Part shown: positions 13,410 to 26,800 of the stretch, piece by piece
Layout of the letters: each line of letters opens with the position of its first letter
Position numbering within the stretch: the stretch's first letter is position 1
DNA from: Macrostomum lignano
Taxonomy: Eukaryota
DNA: 64,000 nucleotides
NCBI GenBank assembly: GCA_002269645.1
Contig: NIVC01002836.1
Location: forward strand, 62,001 to 126,000
Reading direction: 5' to 3'
Made by a program: the position numbers and the translations under genes
Notes under the pieces: model-generated
What the model saw: only the letters and a program-made list of their open reading frames with translations
Database searches by the model: none
Told to the model about the DNA's origin: nothing

Positions 13410-15690
13410 TACACGCTCACATGAGCGCACCGACAGCTCACACAACCGCAGTGGCCGCGGTTCCTTGGATGAGGACAGACAGTCAGCTGGGATGCGAATG
13501 CGATGCGATGAGAAACTTTGTTGTGTTTGACCCGATTACCCGCGCTGCTGCAGGGGGTCTGTGATGCCGAAATCGCCCTAAGGGGCCGAGTGCTGGGGCT
13601 CCGATACTGGAGTGGACAGGGTTTCAGCTCCATAGAAAAGGGGGGGGGTTAAGGCCCGAGCCCTGTCTGGCTCGATCCGCTTTCGCTGCAGCAGAGCATT
13701 TGGTTTCTCCCGTCTCCTACTGCCGGGTGATTAAGGCCGGAGATCCGACACTCGCCGGCTAGCGACTAGCTGGGGGATATCAAGAGAAAATGAGGATCCG
13801 AGCTGGGATAAACACTAAGATACTTGTTCCCGACACCCGGCAATGGCCTCCCCGACCCCGACTTAATCCGCCCCCACCCCCGCCATCTCGCCGTCTCGGT
13901 TTCACTCCTTTGCAGGGCCACCAGACCGAGTGGCGGTTCAGCCTTTAATTTGAAAGCGAATAATATCAAGAATAAGAATGAAGATTACGAAGGCTCCCCA
14001 TACACAGCCGCAGGTTTCAGATGATCTGTTATTATCATTACAAACCTTTTCTGGTTGCCTGTAATTAAAGTGGCCAAGAAATAATGGCGCATTTGGGCGC
14101 CTCCCGCGGCGACAGGGTGGCCGCTCGCTCTGTCCCCCTGCCTCCGCCCCATCAGCTTAGCAATCGCCAACAAGCACCGGGCTATCGAGACTTTATTACT
14201 GCTTATTTACTTAATCCTTGACTAAACTGACTGGTGTGTTGGATTATGCCCCTATTAACACCTGGGGAATACTGTGCAACTGCAATGGCAGTCTGAATGA
14301 CAACTTGTTACAATATAATCTTGTTGTGATTTTAATGACCCCCCCCCCAATTTTTTATTAGGGAGCACCTGACCCCCTTGACCTCCGCTGGTTAGCTTTT
14401 CTATAGCAGTTAAGCAATTATCTAAAATTTCAGTGGGGAGACAGAGTCCCCATTTCTATGCCAGGGGTCAGTTGTCCCCGGTCTCGATGCCAGGGGGTCA
14501 ACTGCCCCCCCCCCCGATCTCTATGCCAAGGGGCCGGCTGCCTCCGATCTCTATGCCAAAGGGTCAGCTGCCCCTGCCCCTACCTGTTGATTGGTGCCTA
14601 AATAGCTGCCAAGTTTTTGCACACATGTTGCGCTCACCTGTCTCCGATCCTGGCCCAGGGTGAACTCCAGCCGCACGGTGCCCTCCGGCGGGTTGTCCTC
14701 TGCTCGGGCCACCCGGCACCGCTCCAGCCGGTAGCGCGAGTTACCGCCGCCGTCGAAGTCGGCCAGCGACAAATCCTCAACTCGCTTGATCGCCCCAGCG
14801 CCGGTGGTCACCAGGGTGCCGCGTCGGAACAGCGCCGAGTTCGAAGAAGCCGTCTCGGGTTGTTGGCGCACCCCGTCCTCGTAGCGAGGCTGCGGCAGCA
14901 GCGGCGCCTGCGTCGGCGGCGGCGGAGGAGGAGGCAGCAGCAGAGGCAGCGACTGCGACGACTGTTGGTGCGGGTGCCGCTCCGAGTGCACCGGGTCAGC
15001 CTTGGAAGCTGTGGAGGCAGCGGCGGCGGCGGCTGCAGCTGCAGCAGCTGCGGCAGCCGCGGCTGCTGGACGCAGAGCTGGCGGAAACACTTCCGGCGGG
15101 CGGGAGAGCGGGAAAAGCAGTTGGTGCTGCTGCTGCTTGGCGCTGGAGCTCTGGCTTTTCCGACTGCCGCCGCCCCCGCCGCCTCCGAGGCCGCCGCCGG
15201 CCACGCTGATCGGAGGCCCGAACTGATAGCTGGCGGCGGCAGCTGACAAGGCGGCCACCGAGTCCAGCGGCGGCAATCTGGGATAAATTGGCGACAATGG
15301 GAAAGGCGAGAAGCTGGCCGGAAATCTCGGCGGCTTCATCATATCGGGCAGAATAGAGTGGAATCCTTGCGCCGAGTGCGGAGGCAGCGGAGGCGGCGGC
15401 GGCGGCGGCGGCCCGGGGAAGTGCGGGTAGAAGTTGTAGGCTGATGATTGAAATGCTGCAGCTGCTGCAGCCGCTGCCGCCGCCGCCGCTGCAGGGCTGG
15501 TCGCGGCTGCCGCACCGCCGCCACCGCCGCTGCCGCCGCTGCCTGCGCTGCCGCCGCCGCCCTCTAAATGTGACGATGATGGCGGCAATGACAGTTGAGG
15601 CGGCATCGGCGGCGGCGGCGGCGGCGGCGGTAGCGGCTGAAACGGCAGCGGCTGGGGTCGCCAGATGGACTTCTCTGCCGAGGTGGACAT
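10731..15690 (-). CDS. ATXN1: Ataxin-1 family protein (AXH domain, low-complexity N-terminus); may extend 5'
   Basis: Exon from ATG 15690 (acceptor at 15743) to 14638 (CAG|gtgagc) joins in phase 0 to exon 11039-10731. The split AXH domain reads FRRGTLVTTGAGAIKRVEDLSLADF...LEFTLGQDRRQ|VRKIELPISQPFYVADKGWASHSP...LPCQRLEIGDSVVSL, matching ataxin-1 FMKGSIIQLANGELKKVEDL...GEHRAQVSVEVLVEYPFFVFGQGWSS...LSVGDVCISL. Confidence 0.9.
11160..11955. repeat. About 22-bp minisatellite (GATTTAGGTCAGTGTTTACTCT) with a 12-bp insertion variant
   Basis: Direct tandem units in the last ataxin-1 intron; GATTTACACTCA inserts are interspersed. Confidence 0.93.
12597..12706. repeat. 15-bp repeat (CTGGCGCCCCTGGTG) x7
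   Basis: Perfect tandem copies. Confidence 0.95.
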
Positions 15691-16775
15691 TGAGGCTGAG
15701 TTGGCTGCTGACAGAGTGACAAACTGGAGTTTCGCTGGAGGCCCTGCAATTCAACAAATCGCTCGCTAACTGAGTGACTGTCTTTGCTTTTTTCAGGAAA
15801 TTCGCAGCAAGCGGGCGGGAGGCGTCTGAGTTGCCTTCACTACCCAGCCACTCTCTAGCGTAATAGTAGGGGGGGGGGGGTAACGGAGAGTGATGGGGAA
15901 CGGGGATGCCCGGGAGAGAGAGGGGGTCAGGATTCGTGGATGAACCAGATGGAGCCTTACTGGCTGGGACAGGGGAGTCTGGACAGCCAATTGGGGATCT
16001 GGAATTTTCAATAGGAGGAAACTCGCGCCCCGACACCGAAGCTGGGCAAGGAATTATGCAGAAAATCAAGGATCAGCTGCTCCTTATAGCTCATAATGAC
16101 TATTTATATTAATCTCTGATCTCAAATGACCAGCGCCTACTACAAGGTTAAGCAGATTTGCCACCGGTTAGCCGTATATTTTTGTTTTTTTCCAAATTTG
16201 TATCTTCTCAGCTCTATTATTTCCCTCAAATTGCCGGGGGATTTTGTCGAGAGAGAGAGAGACAGACAAGCTTTGAGTCCCAATTTTAGCGCTCTACCCC
16301 CACCCTATTGACCCTATTGATGATCCGGGACGCGGTTTAATTATACAGATTGTATTAGAGTGAGAAATGAGCATGTTAGTTAGAACCTCATCAACAGGGC
16401 ACACGTGGCACGCCTATTCTCGATCCCTGTTATCAAACTGAAGGCATGCAGGATCCTCTCTCACCGTCAGCTCCTGCTGCCACTGCAGCACCCATGCAGC
16501 AATACTTCACAACCGCCGCCAGCTGTTTTGTTGAGAGACAGCAGAGAAAGAGACAAAAAATCTGCCCCAAATTTGAGACTCGTCATGCTCGATTGTTGCC
16601 GTTGGATTATACGGTGCGAACCTTGTTATTATATGAGGCATCCATTAGCCTGATTCACGATTTTCCACCTGGGCCATTGTCCGGTTGTGATTTCACTGCT
16701 CTGTCTGCCACGCTTCAAGTCGGTTTTAATCCCCACTGATTCTCTCAGTAACCCTATTTTCCTACGGGCAGCCAC

Positions 16776-17715
16776 TTCTCTCTCTCCCAGTGTCTACTTC
16801 TCTCTCTCCTTCCCCGTGTCTACTTCTCTCTTTCCCCAGTGTCTACTTCTCTCTCCCCCCAGTGTCTACTTCTCTCCCCCAGTGTCTACTCCTCTCTCCT
16901 TTCCAGTGTCTACTCCTCTCTCCTTTCCAGTGTCTACTCCTCTCTCCTTTCCAGTGTCTACTCCTCTCTCCTTTCCAGTGTCTACTCCTCTCTCCTTTCC
17001 AGTGTCTACTCCTCTCTCCTTTCCAGTGTCTACTCCTCTCTCCTTTCCAGTGTCTACTCCTCTCTCCTTTCCAGGGTCTACTTATCTCTCCCTCTCAGTG
17101 TCTACTTCTATCTCTCTCCCCAGTGTCTCCTTCTCTCTCTTTCTCCCAGTGTCTACTTCTCTCTCTTTCTCCCAGTGTCTACTTCTCTCTCTTTCTCCCA
17201 GTGTCTACTTCTCTCTCTTTCTCCCAGTGTCTACTTCTCTCCTTCAGTGTCTACTCCTCTCTCCTTTCCAGTGTCTACTCCTCTCTCCTTTCCAGTGTCT
17301 ACTCCTCTCTCCTTTCCAGTGTCTACTCCTCTCTCCTTTCCAGTGTCTACTCCTCTCTCCTTTCCAGTGTCTACTCCTCTCTCCTTTCCAGTGTCTACTC
17401 CTCTCTCCTTTCCAGTGTCTACTCCTCTCTCCTTTCCAGGGTCTACTTATCTCTCCCTCTCAGTGTCTACTTCTATCTCTCTCCCCAGTGTCTCCTTCTC
17501 TCTCTTTCTCCCAGTGTCTACTTCTCTCTCTTTCTCCCAGTGTCTACTTCTCTCTCTTTCTCCCAGTGTCTACTTCTCTCTCTTTCTCCCAGTGTCTACT
17601 TCTCTCTCTTTCTCCCAGTGTCTACTTCTCTCCTTCAGTGTCTACTTCTCTCTCGTTTCCAGGGTCTACTTATCTCTCCCTCTCAGTGTCTACTTCTCTC
17701 CCTCCCTCCCAGTGT
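16776..17715 (+). repeat. CT-rich about 24-bp minisatellite (CCAGTGTCTACTCCTCTCTCCTTT)
   Basis: Direct tandem units with an internal block duplication. Confidence 0.95.
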
Positions 17716-18694
17716 CTAATTCTGTCTCTCTCCTTCCCAATGTCCATCTATGTCTATCAACTCAACCTTGGCCAACTATCTCCAGTTCCATTTGATTCTG
17801 ACTATTAATTAAGCTGGTACCCAGTCGGCCGCAATGCAGCGTGAGAATCAGCATTCGCAGCTGTTCCGCCTCCCTTAGACCCCCATATACTATACACATC
17901 TGCATGGCATCCCCTTCCTCACTCGCTGATTGTCTAGTGATTAAAAGCAATTCCCCCCTCCCTCAACGTCATGTGTCGCTTCTTAAGATTGCGGCAGCAG
18001 CGCCAGCAGCAGCAGCAGCAGCAGCAGCCTGCACCCTCTGACGGAACAGGGCCATCCTCAAGTTCTTTCATGCATCTGTATTTTGTTTGTCTTAGTTCTG
18101 CCACGAGAGCTTTAATGCGCGGAGGCGTGACGGAATGCCCGGGCGGGTAAAAGTTGGGCCTTTACTCTCCCACCCCTCCCCCTCTCTTGATTATTCTGTG
18201 CAACTGACTGACAGGCCCGCGCTCGGGCGCATCACGACAAGGAAAACTACAAGCGCGGCGGCGGTGAAGGGCTGGTGGTGGGGGAGGGAGCATTTATTGT
18301 CTTTTAATTTTCCCCGAGCCTGACCTCAACTATATTTTGTAGAGGCTCTCTCGTTGCTGACTGGGTTTTCAAAGTGAAATATTTTCCGATTTCCATTAAT
18401 AGCATTTTTTACGATCTAGCGCGCCCGGTCTGGCAATCGGAAATGTCACTTGCTGGTATCTTTGTGTGCGGATTTTTTCTATTGCATTGGTAGCCGTCTA
18501 CGAATTCAAAGCGCTGCCTCTTATGGGATAGGTGGTTTTGTTTAAGTTAATTGGCTTTTTAAGACTGTGTGAGAAGGAGACATGGGAGTAGGTAGGGAGT
18601 AGACAGGAACTGTCAAAGTTGAACCTGGAAAACAAACAGAGAAATACTGAGCCCTGACAAACTGAAGGAAGTATAATGAGACAAGTAGTCAGTT

Positions 18695-18963
18695 GGGAGG
18701 GAAGTAGACAGGGGGTAGAGAAGTAGACAGGGAAAAGAGAAGTAGACAATGGTGAGAGAAGTAGACAGTGGTGAGAGAAGTAGACAGGGGGAGCGAAGCA
18801 GACAGGGGGAGAGAAGTAGACAGTGGAGAGGGAAGTAGACAGGGGAGCGAAGCAGACAGGGGAGAGAAGTAGACAGGGGAGCGAAGCAGACAGGGGGAGA
18901 GAAGTAAACAACGGAGAGGGAAGCAGACGGGGGAGAGAAGTAGACAGGGGGAGAGAAGTAGAC
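18695..18963 (-). repeat. GA-rich about 20-bp minisatellite (GAGAAGTAGACAGGGG), inverse relative of the 16776-17715 array
   Basis: Core GAGAAGTAGACA is the reverse complement of TGTCTACTTCTC in the upstream array. Confidence 0.85.
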
Positions 18964-21439
18964 CATAGGCAGACTAGTGACTAACGGTAGTTACAAGATG
19001 CCAGAAACCGGAGAGGGGCAGAAGTGGTAGGCATAAGGGAAAGTGGGTCGCAAAAAGTAGGGGCATTATTAAGGAAACCATCGGCAAAGGACATGGCCAA
19101 GACGTGAATGGTATTGTGGCGTGACTCTGTGTTGCTTCCAGACAGGCCTGAATATTAGGCGGCCCAGCTGAGAGACAAATGATGAAAATCCCTTTACGGA
19201 TTTTGCGTGCGATTTAAGCTAAGAAAAATGCCTCAAAGATAGAAGAACAGATCCACAGGAAATGGGAACGATATTGGCGGATTAAAGCGGACTTGCTAAA
19301 ATCCTTAATCTCTTTGTCGGTTTGGAGAGCAAGCTAATCTACGGCAATGCCTCTTCACACCGCCGTGGCAGCTCAGAAGCCGCTCGGCTCTGCATCAATC
19401 TGCCCTCCTCCCACTTCTCATTAGGGATAACTTCCGACTGCCGGGGGCAGGTACGAATGATGGAAATCTAATCTGAGCTTTAATGACTGCTCCGGCAGCT
19501 CCTCCCACTTTGCTTGTTGTTTTGCTCAGTCGAGTGAACAGCATCCGGGATTGTTTTACCAACATGCAGCTTTCATTGAGAGTGCTTGGAGTGAGTGAGC
19601 CGAGTGAGTGAGTGAATGGGGAATTAAGGAACAGAGAGAGAGCACGGAATGCGAGCGACAGTGTGAGAAAAAGTGGATCGAAGCCACTAACCCAGCCCAG
19701 TGGTGTGGGGTCTCTAATTGCCACAACAGGTCGGGTTGGGTTGCATCAAACAGTTCTGCGCCCGGCATCCCAGTAGTGAGCGGGACAGATGTGAATGGGA
19801 TAAATATCCCAATGTGGGCCAGGGAGGAAACGGCTCAACTGAATGCCCGAAGCTATCGATCTGGACGATGAGGATTGAAGAAATGAGGCTGGCCGGGGCC
19901 GGGCCGTCTTGAGCACAGAAACTCTTTTATTTGCCGTTCTCAAAGCAAAAGTGACCGCTCCCTCCCGCCTGCCTGCCTCACTCAGTAGCCAAAGAGCCTC
20001 GGGGACAACTGTGTATACGAGAGAACAATGAGTCGAAACCGCTTATCCACACGCACACACACAGCACACAATTTTGCTTTGTGTATTCTGTTAATGCAGT
20101 CATTCATCTCTGCTCAAGGTAGAGAACTCGAAAGGGAAACTGATAAGCCTGTTCTGGAGAGACACGCCAGCGGATTGGGCGCTCAATTCTGCAGACCCGT
20201 TTCTACTCGCGTTGCACCTATCACGCGATAACTCTGCGCGCGACACACAGCCCCCGGGCCCCTTGTCAAGCACTTGGCCAACTCTTTTATTATTATTGGA
20301 ATTCGAGAGACAGGGCGAGAGTCGGGCGAGGCGCTGGGACAGCCGCGCTCGCTCGGCCATTTGCGTGATGTTTTAATCCATTTGGCCAGCCGTTCCCCCT
20401 TTCCTTAATCGTTTCGCTCGGCAGAACAAGACAGACAGGGCCGGCCTCGCGCTGCACAGGGGAAACTTATTATTTTTCTTCTTAACACTCCTCCACAAGG
20501 AGGCCATCTTTAGTTGTCTTGAGCGATCACTTCACTGCCAGACCCGTAGTCCCCTCGCCGCGGGGGTGAGAGTCGTGTGCGTGTGTGTGTGTGAGGTGAG
20601 ACTGCCCTGGCCTGCCGGGCCGCTCTCACTCAACCTATCCGTGCATCCGGGCTGGGCGCACGCCTTGGTCGAGTGGCTAGTAATAAAGACAAGTCGATAA
20701 GCGCTTGATTGGATTTCGTACCTGCGAGATGTTCCTATCCTTTCCTGGCTGTCTCTCTTGGTTCGCCCCCCGATTATCAGCTACCGTGGCCCCAGCGCCC
20801 ACTTGGCCGTGGCCAGCTGTCACGGAATCCCCGGGCCTGTACAGGGACATCCTGATCTAGAAACTGGAGAGTCTGACTGTATGATATCAGTTTAGGATTC
20901 TGAGCAATACTCAAATGCGCCTTGGTCTTGACAGAACATTTCAATTTGGCATAGAAGTTCGGGCTCAAATAGGCTTTCTTGGGCTTTTCTATGTCGCATT
21001 TTTGAGGGTCGAGCTGGGCCCTAGGGTCAGCCCTACCAAGTTATGATGTCTTGTAATAGGGGCTAGTCCAAGTTCTGCTTCTATAGATCTCCTTGGCCTG
21101 TAGATCCCATTTTCGACCCCTCCCCCACAGTCTAATCCCTTCTCTGCAGCCTTATTCAACCGGCTCTCCGAGCTCCCAGGTGAGTCGAAATTACCGCAAA
21201 CTCAACCTCCACTCTCGCCTTTCCCTCCACTTTCCCGTCCCTCTCCACAAGCACTAACTGGTTAGAGGCTGTCGAACACTTGCGCCACTCTCACGAAATC
21301 ACACTTCATCGAACGCACTACACAGGAAGAAGCAGGTGAGAATCTCTTTCTTAGTGAGGCTTAAGTTTGTTAGAGCTCGCGTTTTTTTGCTGGCACGATT
21401 TGCTCACTTGGATCCTGTCTCAAATTTCCTAGAATCCGC

Positions 21440-22205
21440 TACAATTCCTAGCACCCGATGCAGTCCCTGACACCCCGATGCGATGCCTGACACCCCGATG
21501 CGATCCCTGACACCCCGATGCGATCCCTGACACCCCGATGCGATCCCTGACACCCCGATGCGATCCCTGACACCCCGATGCGATCCCTGACACCCCGATG
21601 CAGTCATTGACACCCCGATGCGATCCCTGACACCCCAATGCCGTCCCTGACACTCCGATGCAGAGCTTGACACCCGATGCGATCACTGACACCTCGATGC
21701 AGTGTCTGACACCCCGATGCAGTCTCTGACACCCTGATGCGATCCCTGACACCCCGATGCGATCTCTGACACCCCGGTGCGATCTCTGACACCCCGATGC
21801 GATCTCTGACACCCCGATGCAGTCCCTGACACTCCGATGCAGAGCCTGACACCCCGATGGGATCACTGACACCTCGATGCATGTCTGACACTCCGATGCA
21901 GTCCCTGACACTCTCGATGCAGAGCCTGACACCCCGATGGGATCACTGACACCTCGATGCATGTCTGACACTCCGATGCAGTCCCTGACACTCCGATGCA
22001 GAGCCTGACACCCCGATGGGATCACTGACACCTCGATGCATGTCTGACACCCCGATGCAGTCCCTGAAACTCCTATGCAGAGCCTGACACCCCGATGGGT
22101 TCACTGACCCTCGATGCATGTCTGACACTCCGATGCAGTCCCTGACACTCTCGATGCAGTCCCTGACACCCCGATGCAGTGTCTGACACTCCGATGCAGT
22201 CCCTG
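21440..22205. repeat. 20-bp minisatellite (CTGACACCCCGATGCGATCC)
   Basis: Direct tandem units, more variable toward the right. Confidence 0.95.
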
Positions 22206-23366
22206 CCACCTTTCGCAGTTCCTAGCGATAATCTCCTATCGCTCCGAGTTAAGTAAAGTCAATATCTACAAAAACACAATTCTAGTTGCATTGAACAACT
22301 CTGGACTGTAGCAGCCCTCGAAATCAGGCAATTTGAATATGGAAGCAGCGCCTACTCCATGGGGGTTGGCTGCCTGGCCAGTTTGCCTGAGGAAGAGACG
22401 GCTCGGGCGCACTCGGGTAATAAAATTGACCCAATCAAAAATCCCCTTGCCCAGGCCCGTTAGAAGCCAAAAAGCGGCTGCCCCTCTCTCTCGCTGGATC
22501 ATTAATGCCTGCTCAGGCCCTCCTTGGCTAACCTTTCCCCTCCTAAACTTCCTAATGAGTCTCGGACTCGCGAGTAACTCCTTCCTTGGCTGTGTGGGAC
22601 CGGGGGTGGGGGCTGCTGGCCGCCTGATGGCGTCAATTGCCAGGTTGGGTCTCGGGTGACCAGGCCCCGCTGCGGAGGCGGGGAAGCTGGGGGCTCCCCG
22701 CCACTGTGCTCAGACTCTGTTGGCCTCTCGCCTTTCTTTCTAACAAATTTCTTTCTTTCTCCCCTTCCCCAGTGGGGGCTCAAGGGTCATCCAATTTCCT
22801 CGTCATGAGATTATCCTGAGATCCACAACCTGATGAGAGTTTGTCCACCTAGATGGATCAAATTTTTGAAGCAAAATCCCTAACTAAATTGCAATTCTGA
22901 GTACTTTGATTTGCATCTGCTTTGCTAGGGCGCCAACGCTAGGCTACTTTAAGGGGGGTGGAAAGACGAGATGGACCAGGGGAGGAGCAGTGGGGACCAA
23001 GCGTCAGTGGGGATTTGATCTTCCCGCTCATTTCGGTCCCGAAATTGGCCGTCTCGCCTTTCCGGACCAGCGCCCACCAGACCTCCCAATGCCAACGACT
23101 TCCCCCATAGCAGCCGGGTCCTTGCGAGTCTTTGCCAACCCCCTTGATCGGGGGCTTAGATTAGTCTGCGATGCTGAGCGTGAAATTCAACAATCCTCGG
23201 ACCACATTTTGCGTCGTGTTTTGAAGATCGCCAAGCCAAGGGGCTGTTGGTGACTAAGAAATCAATGAGGCTGGATGTGGAATCTTCAATGAGAAAGTCA
23301 GGACCGATGTACACCCTGTGTCATCGGAATGAGCCTGTTTGCTTGCCTCTTCGCTGCTACGTGACA

Positions 23367-23865
23367 ACTTGATGTGCCTTGATGTGTCTTGATGTGTCTT
23401 GATGTGTCTTGATGTGTCTTGATGTGTCTTGATGTGTCTTGATGTGTCTTGATGTGTCTTGATGTGTCTTGATGTGCCTTGATGTGCCTTTATGTGTCTT
23501 GATGTGTCTTGATGTGTCTTGATGTGTCTTGATGTGCCTTGATGTGCCTTGATGTGCCTTGATGTGTCTTGATGTGTCTTGATGTGTCTTGATGTGTCTT
23601 GATGTGCCTTGATGTGTCTTGATGTGCCTTGATGTGTCTTGATGTGTCTTGATGTGTCTTGATGTGCCTTGATGTGTCTTGATGTGTCTTGATGTGTCTT
23701 GATGTGCCTTGATGTGCCTTGATGTGTCTTGATGTGTCTTGATGTGTCTTGATGTGTCTTGATGTGCCTTGATGTGTCTTGATGTGTCTTAATGTGCCTT
23801 GATGTGCCTTGATGTGTCTTAATGTGTCTTGATGTGCTTTGTTGTGTCTTGATGTGCCTTGATGC
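23367..23865. repeat. 10-bp repeat (CTTGATGTG[T/C]), about 50 copies
   Basis: Direct tandem units. Confidence 0.97.
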
Positions 23866-26800
23866 GAACTCACTAGCCAACTTAACTTGCACACAAATTT
23901 CAAGGAAATGACTCAGAACTGGCGTTAATTTGGCGTCATTACAGAAAAGACTCATCACTATGCCGATACCCCTAAGCTGGGAGAAAATCTATCATTTTCA
24001 GTCGAATTTCCTTATGTTATTTCAATGCAGCCGAAGCTACGGAACGGTTTCGCAAGTGGTCAGTTCAGGTAAAGCAGATTCCCCTAGTCCAGATATACCA
24101 GCATATTTTTTTTGCAACGCTGGGATTCGGTAGAAAAATAATAACATGAAATTGAGCGGAGAACAAAATGTCGAACGAAAACATTACGGTCGGATGTGCG
24201 CCGAGTAAAAAAGGCAACATTGGCTGAGGAATTTCTGAAAGCAGCTGACCGACAACCCGCGTCTCGCAGAAATGTCAGTTTATTTTTCTGACCCACTCGC
24301 CCAGAGAGAAGTCCGTGCATGCCAAACAGCTTCTCTGGCACGCATTGTCCGGTGTCGCCTACATATCGAGCAAAAATTATTGTAATATCCCGGACGGTCG
24401 GCGGCACTCTGTTGACACAGGGGTGGGGGTGGGGACTCGCCCATGCGGATGTGACAGTTCGGGAACACTTGGCGTCCGGGCGAATTTGACCAAAGCTGTC
24501 GTCATCAATGGCGAGAGCGTGATGGCGTCGATGTTTTTATAGAGAGCCGAGGCTGTCACCTGTTAGTTTGGTCAGCGCTTTCCATAGCAGGTGAATTTTT
24601 ATTGTGCAAGTAGTGAACATTTTCTACTAACAAAGTTGCTGATTCTTCAAGAGTCTGCAAGAATTATGTGGTGGTCAGCATCAAATGTCACTCGATGTTC
24701 AAGAGGACAAGGAAGATCTACTACCCTTGGTATTGTAAAACTCAAGCTAAGGCACCGACTTCTAGCTCAAAAAATTATAAATAAGAAAATGGGAATTACC
24801 ACTGATAGCGAAAGAACATGACGTTTCATTTTTATGCAGTTATTCAAAGATTTTTTAGCCCTAAATTCCCTAAAAATCTTACTTTAGAATTCTTGATGAA
24901 GCAAGTGCGAACGTTTAGGTTGAGCTGCACTCGCAAGTTTATCGAGCTTCTTTGCATAGACAGAGGGTTTTGCCATAGAAAGATTGCTTTAGTTTCTAAT
25001 GCGTCTATCATGGTAATGCACCCTCTTGCCTTGCATGATATTCCGCATCAATATCGCATCAAGCACCGTTCAGCATCGCAGCTCAGACACCCTTAGACGC
25101 CCTGGGGCAAATATTGAGACAAATCTATCGAATAGCAAATACTCCAATGCTCAGCAGCAGCCAAGGGAAAGCGCCACAAGGGGCGGAGCTTGGGGCGGAA
25201 CCAGCGGAATAGCGCTATAGGGAGAAAAAAGCCGAAAGAGATTATCCCAGACGTGGTTGCAAGATCTGTGAGACCACTTCAAGGAACTGGAAAGTGAGCC
25301 GAACGCCGTGCTGGTTGCCAGGCGCCCTGGATACACAGATCATGCGTGAACTGATAGTTTGCAACATAATTATGCCCCTCGCCCCAGCATGTCTTTTCCC
25401 CCAATTCTCCCGCTCTCAGACCTACAGATTCCCATCTGTTAATGAATTCAAAACCTCATCAATAAACTCAACCGCATACCGCTCTCTGCTATGCAAAGTA
25501 ACATTCCATAGACCAGCTCTCCAGTTGGAAACTGCCAATTATCTGTGCTGAAGTGCCAAATTATTGTTGCTTTTTTATGAGACGCAATGATCAAAAAATC
25601 GATATAAAAAATGGTTAGATTTATTGTTATGCCAGAGCGCGGAAGCAGGGAATCCACGACGGGCTTGGGAAGAGGAGATTTACTGTGCTATTTTTTTCAA
25701 ATTCTCATTGCGACATGCGGGTAACCGAATATTCATCCACGATTACGGTTGCGTCACCAAAAGTAAAGAGGGCCCACGCGTCTACTGCCGGGGCCCAGCT
25801 GTATCGATTCAATGCCTCTCTTCAGCAACGGAATTTCACCGCTTTGATGTTGTCGATTTCTCAACAAATTTTTTTTTTGACACTTTGACGATGCAAAGCG
25901 AAGAGGCTGCAATTGAGGCTGAATCCACAGCAGGTGGCCGCCTCATTAGTCTCAAACCTGTGCTCGAAAAAATCTATTTAAATTTGAGGAGAAAATGATG
26001 TTGAACAGCCCCAGTCAGACTCCATGCTCAAGCACTTCCGGTCGCAACTCGACAGAACTATTCATAGATATGGACCCGCCGGGATCTTGTGGCTAAATAC
26101 TATACACTTAGCACGAGGAATAACATTTTTATAATTGCTGTGCATTTTTCTTGTTGATCTTACAGAGAGATAGCTGTGTAGCCGAGTTGTTCCTTTTGTC
26201 ATAGCGCTACAAGGCATGGATACAAATTAGGCATTTTCGGGCTTGGGTGACATTTTGCAGATTCGCTTCTTTCCTATAGTGTTGATTTCTCTTCATGCGA
26301 GGTCTTGGTTGCTAGCTAGCTATATCATTTGCTTCTGAATGTAGCATTTAAAGTCGTTCACAGTGCTGCCTGTTAGCTTACTGAAGATAGTTCACACTCT
26401 CACTCTCTCTCTCTCTATCTTGTGAACAAGGAGGAATCCAGCTTATCAACAGATTCCTACATTGCTGAGCTGTAGAAAACATCAATGAGCCAAAGCTCAA
26501 TAGATTTTAATAGCTTTAATTAAAACTTACCCTAAGCAAGGGTACTATAGCTGCTGCTGGCGCGGGGGTTAAACGACCCGAGTTAATAGCTGGTCTCAAT
26601 CAGAATGAAAGGCGAATTCAGCTCATTTGCGCAAGTCCGGGGTCCCACTATATATAAATATATATATACACACACATACACAAAGCACGTCATCCGACTA
26701 ATAGGGGCTACTTTATAGAGAAAGGAATAATAACTCCGAATTTAGCGTTTACCGAGCTGCGTCGTTGCAATTAAGCTATTGGCAATATCAATTATACACT

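Noticed and set aside
14617-16069. Overlapping alternative-frame and antisense ORFs across ataxin-1 (likewise 56063-57736, 51404-52240, 46662-47406)
   Set aside because: Expected shadows of GC-rich coding sequence and triplet repeats.
16687-17808. Three 300+ aa Ser/Leu-rich ORFs
   Set aside because: Translation of the CT-rich minisatellite; open in all frames because it lacks stops.
21404-23958. Periodic ORFs (GVRDRIGVS, HIKTHQDTSR)
   Set aside because: Arise from the 20-bp and 10-bp arrays; the His-rich look is not a zinc finger.
25180-25201. Two GC boxes (GGGGCGGAG/GGGGCGGAA)
   Set aside because: Short common motif with no adjacent gene start identified.
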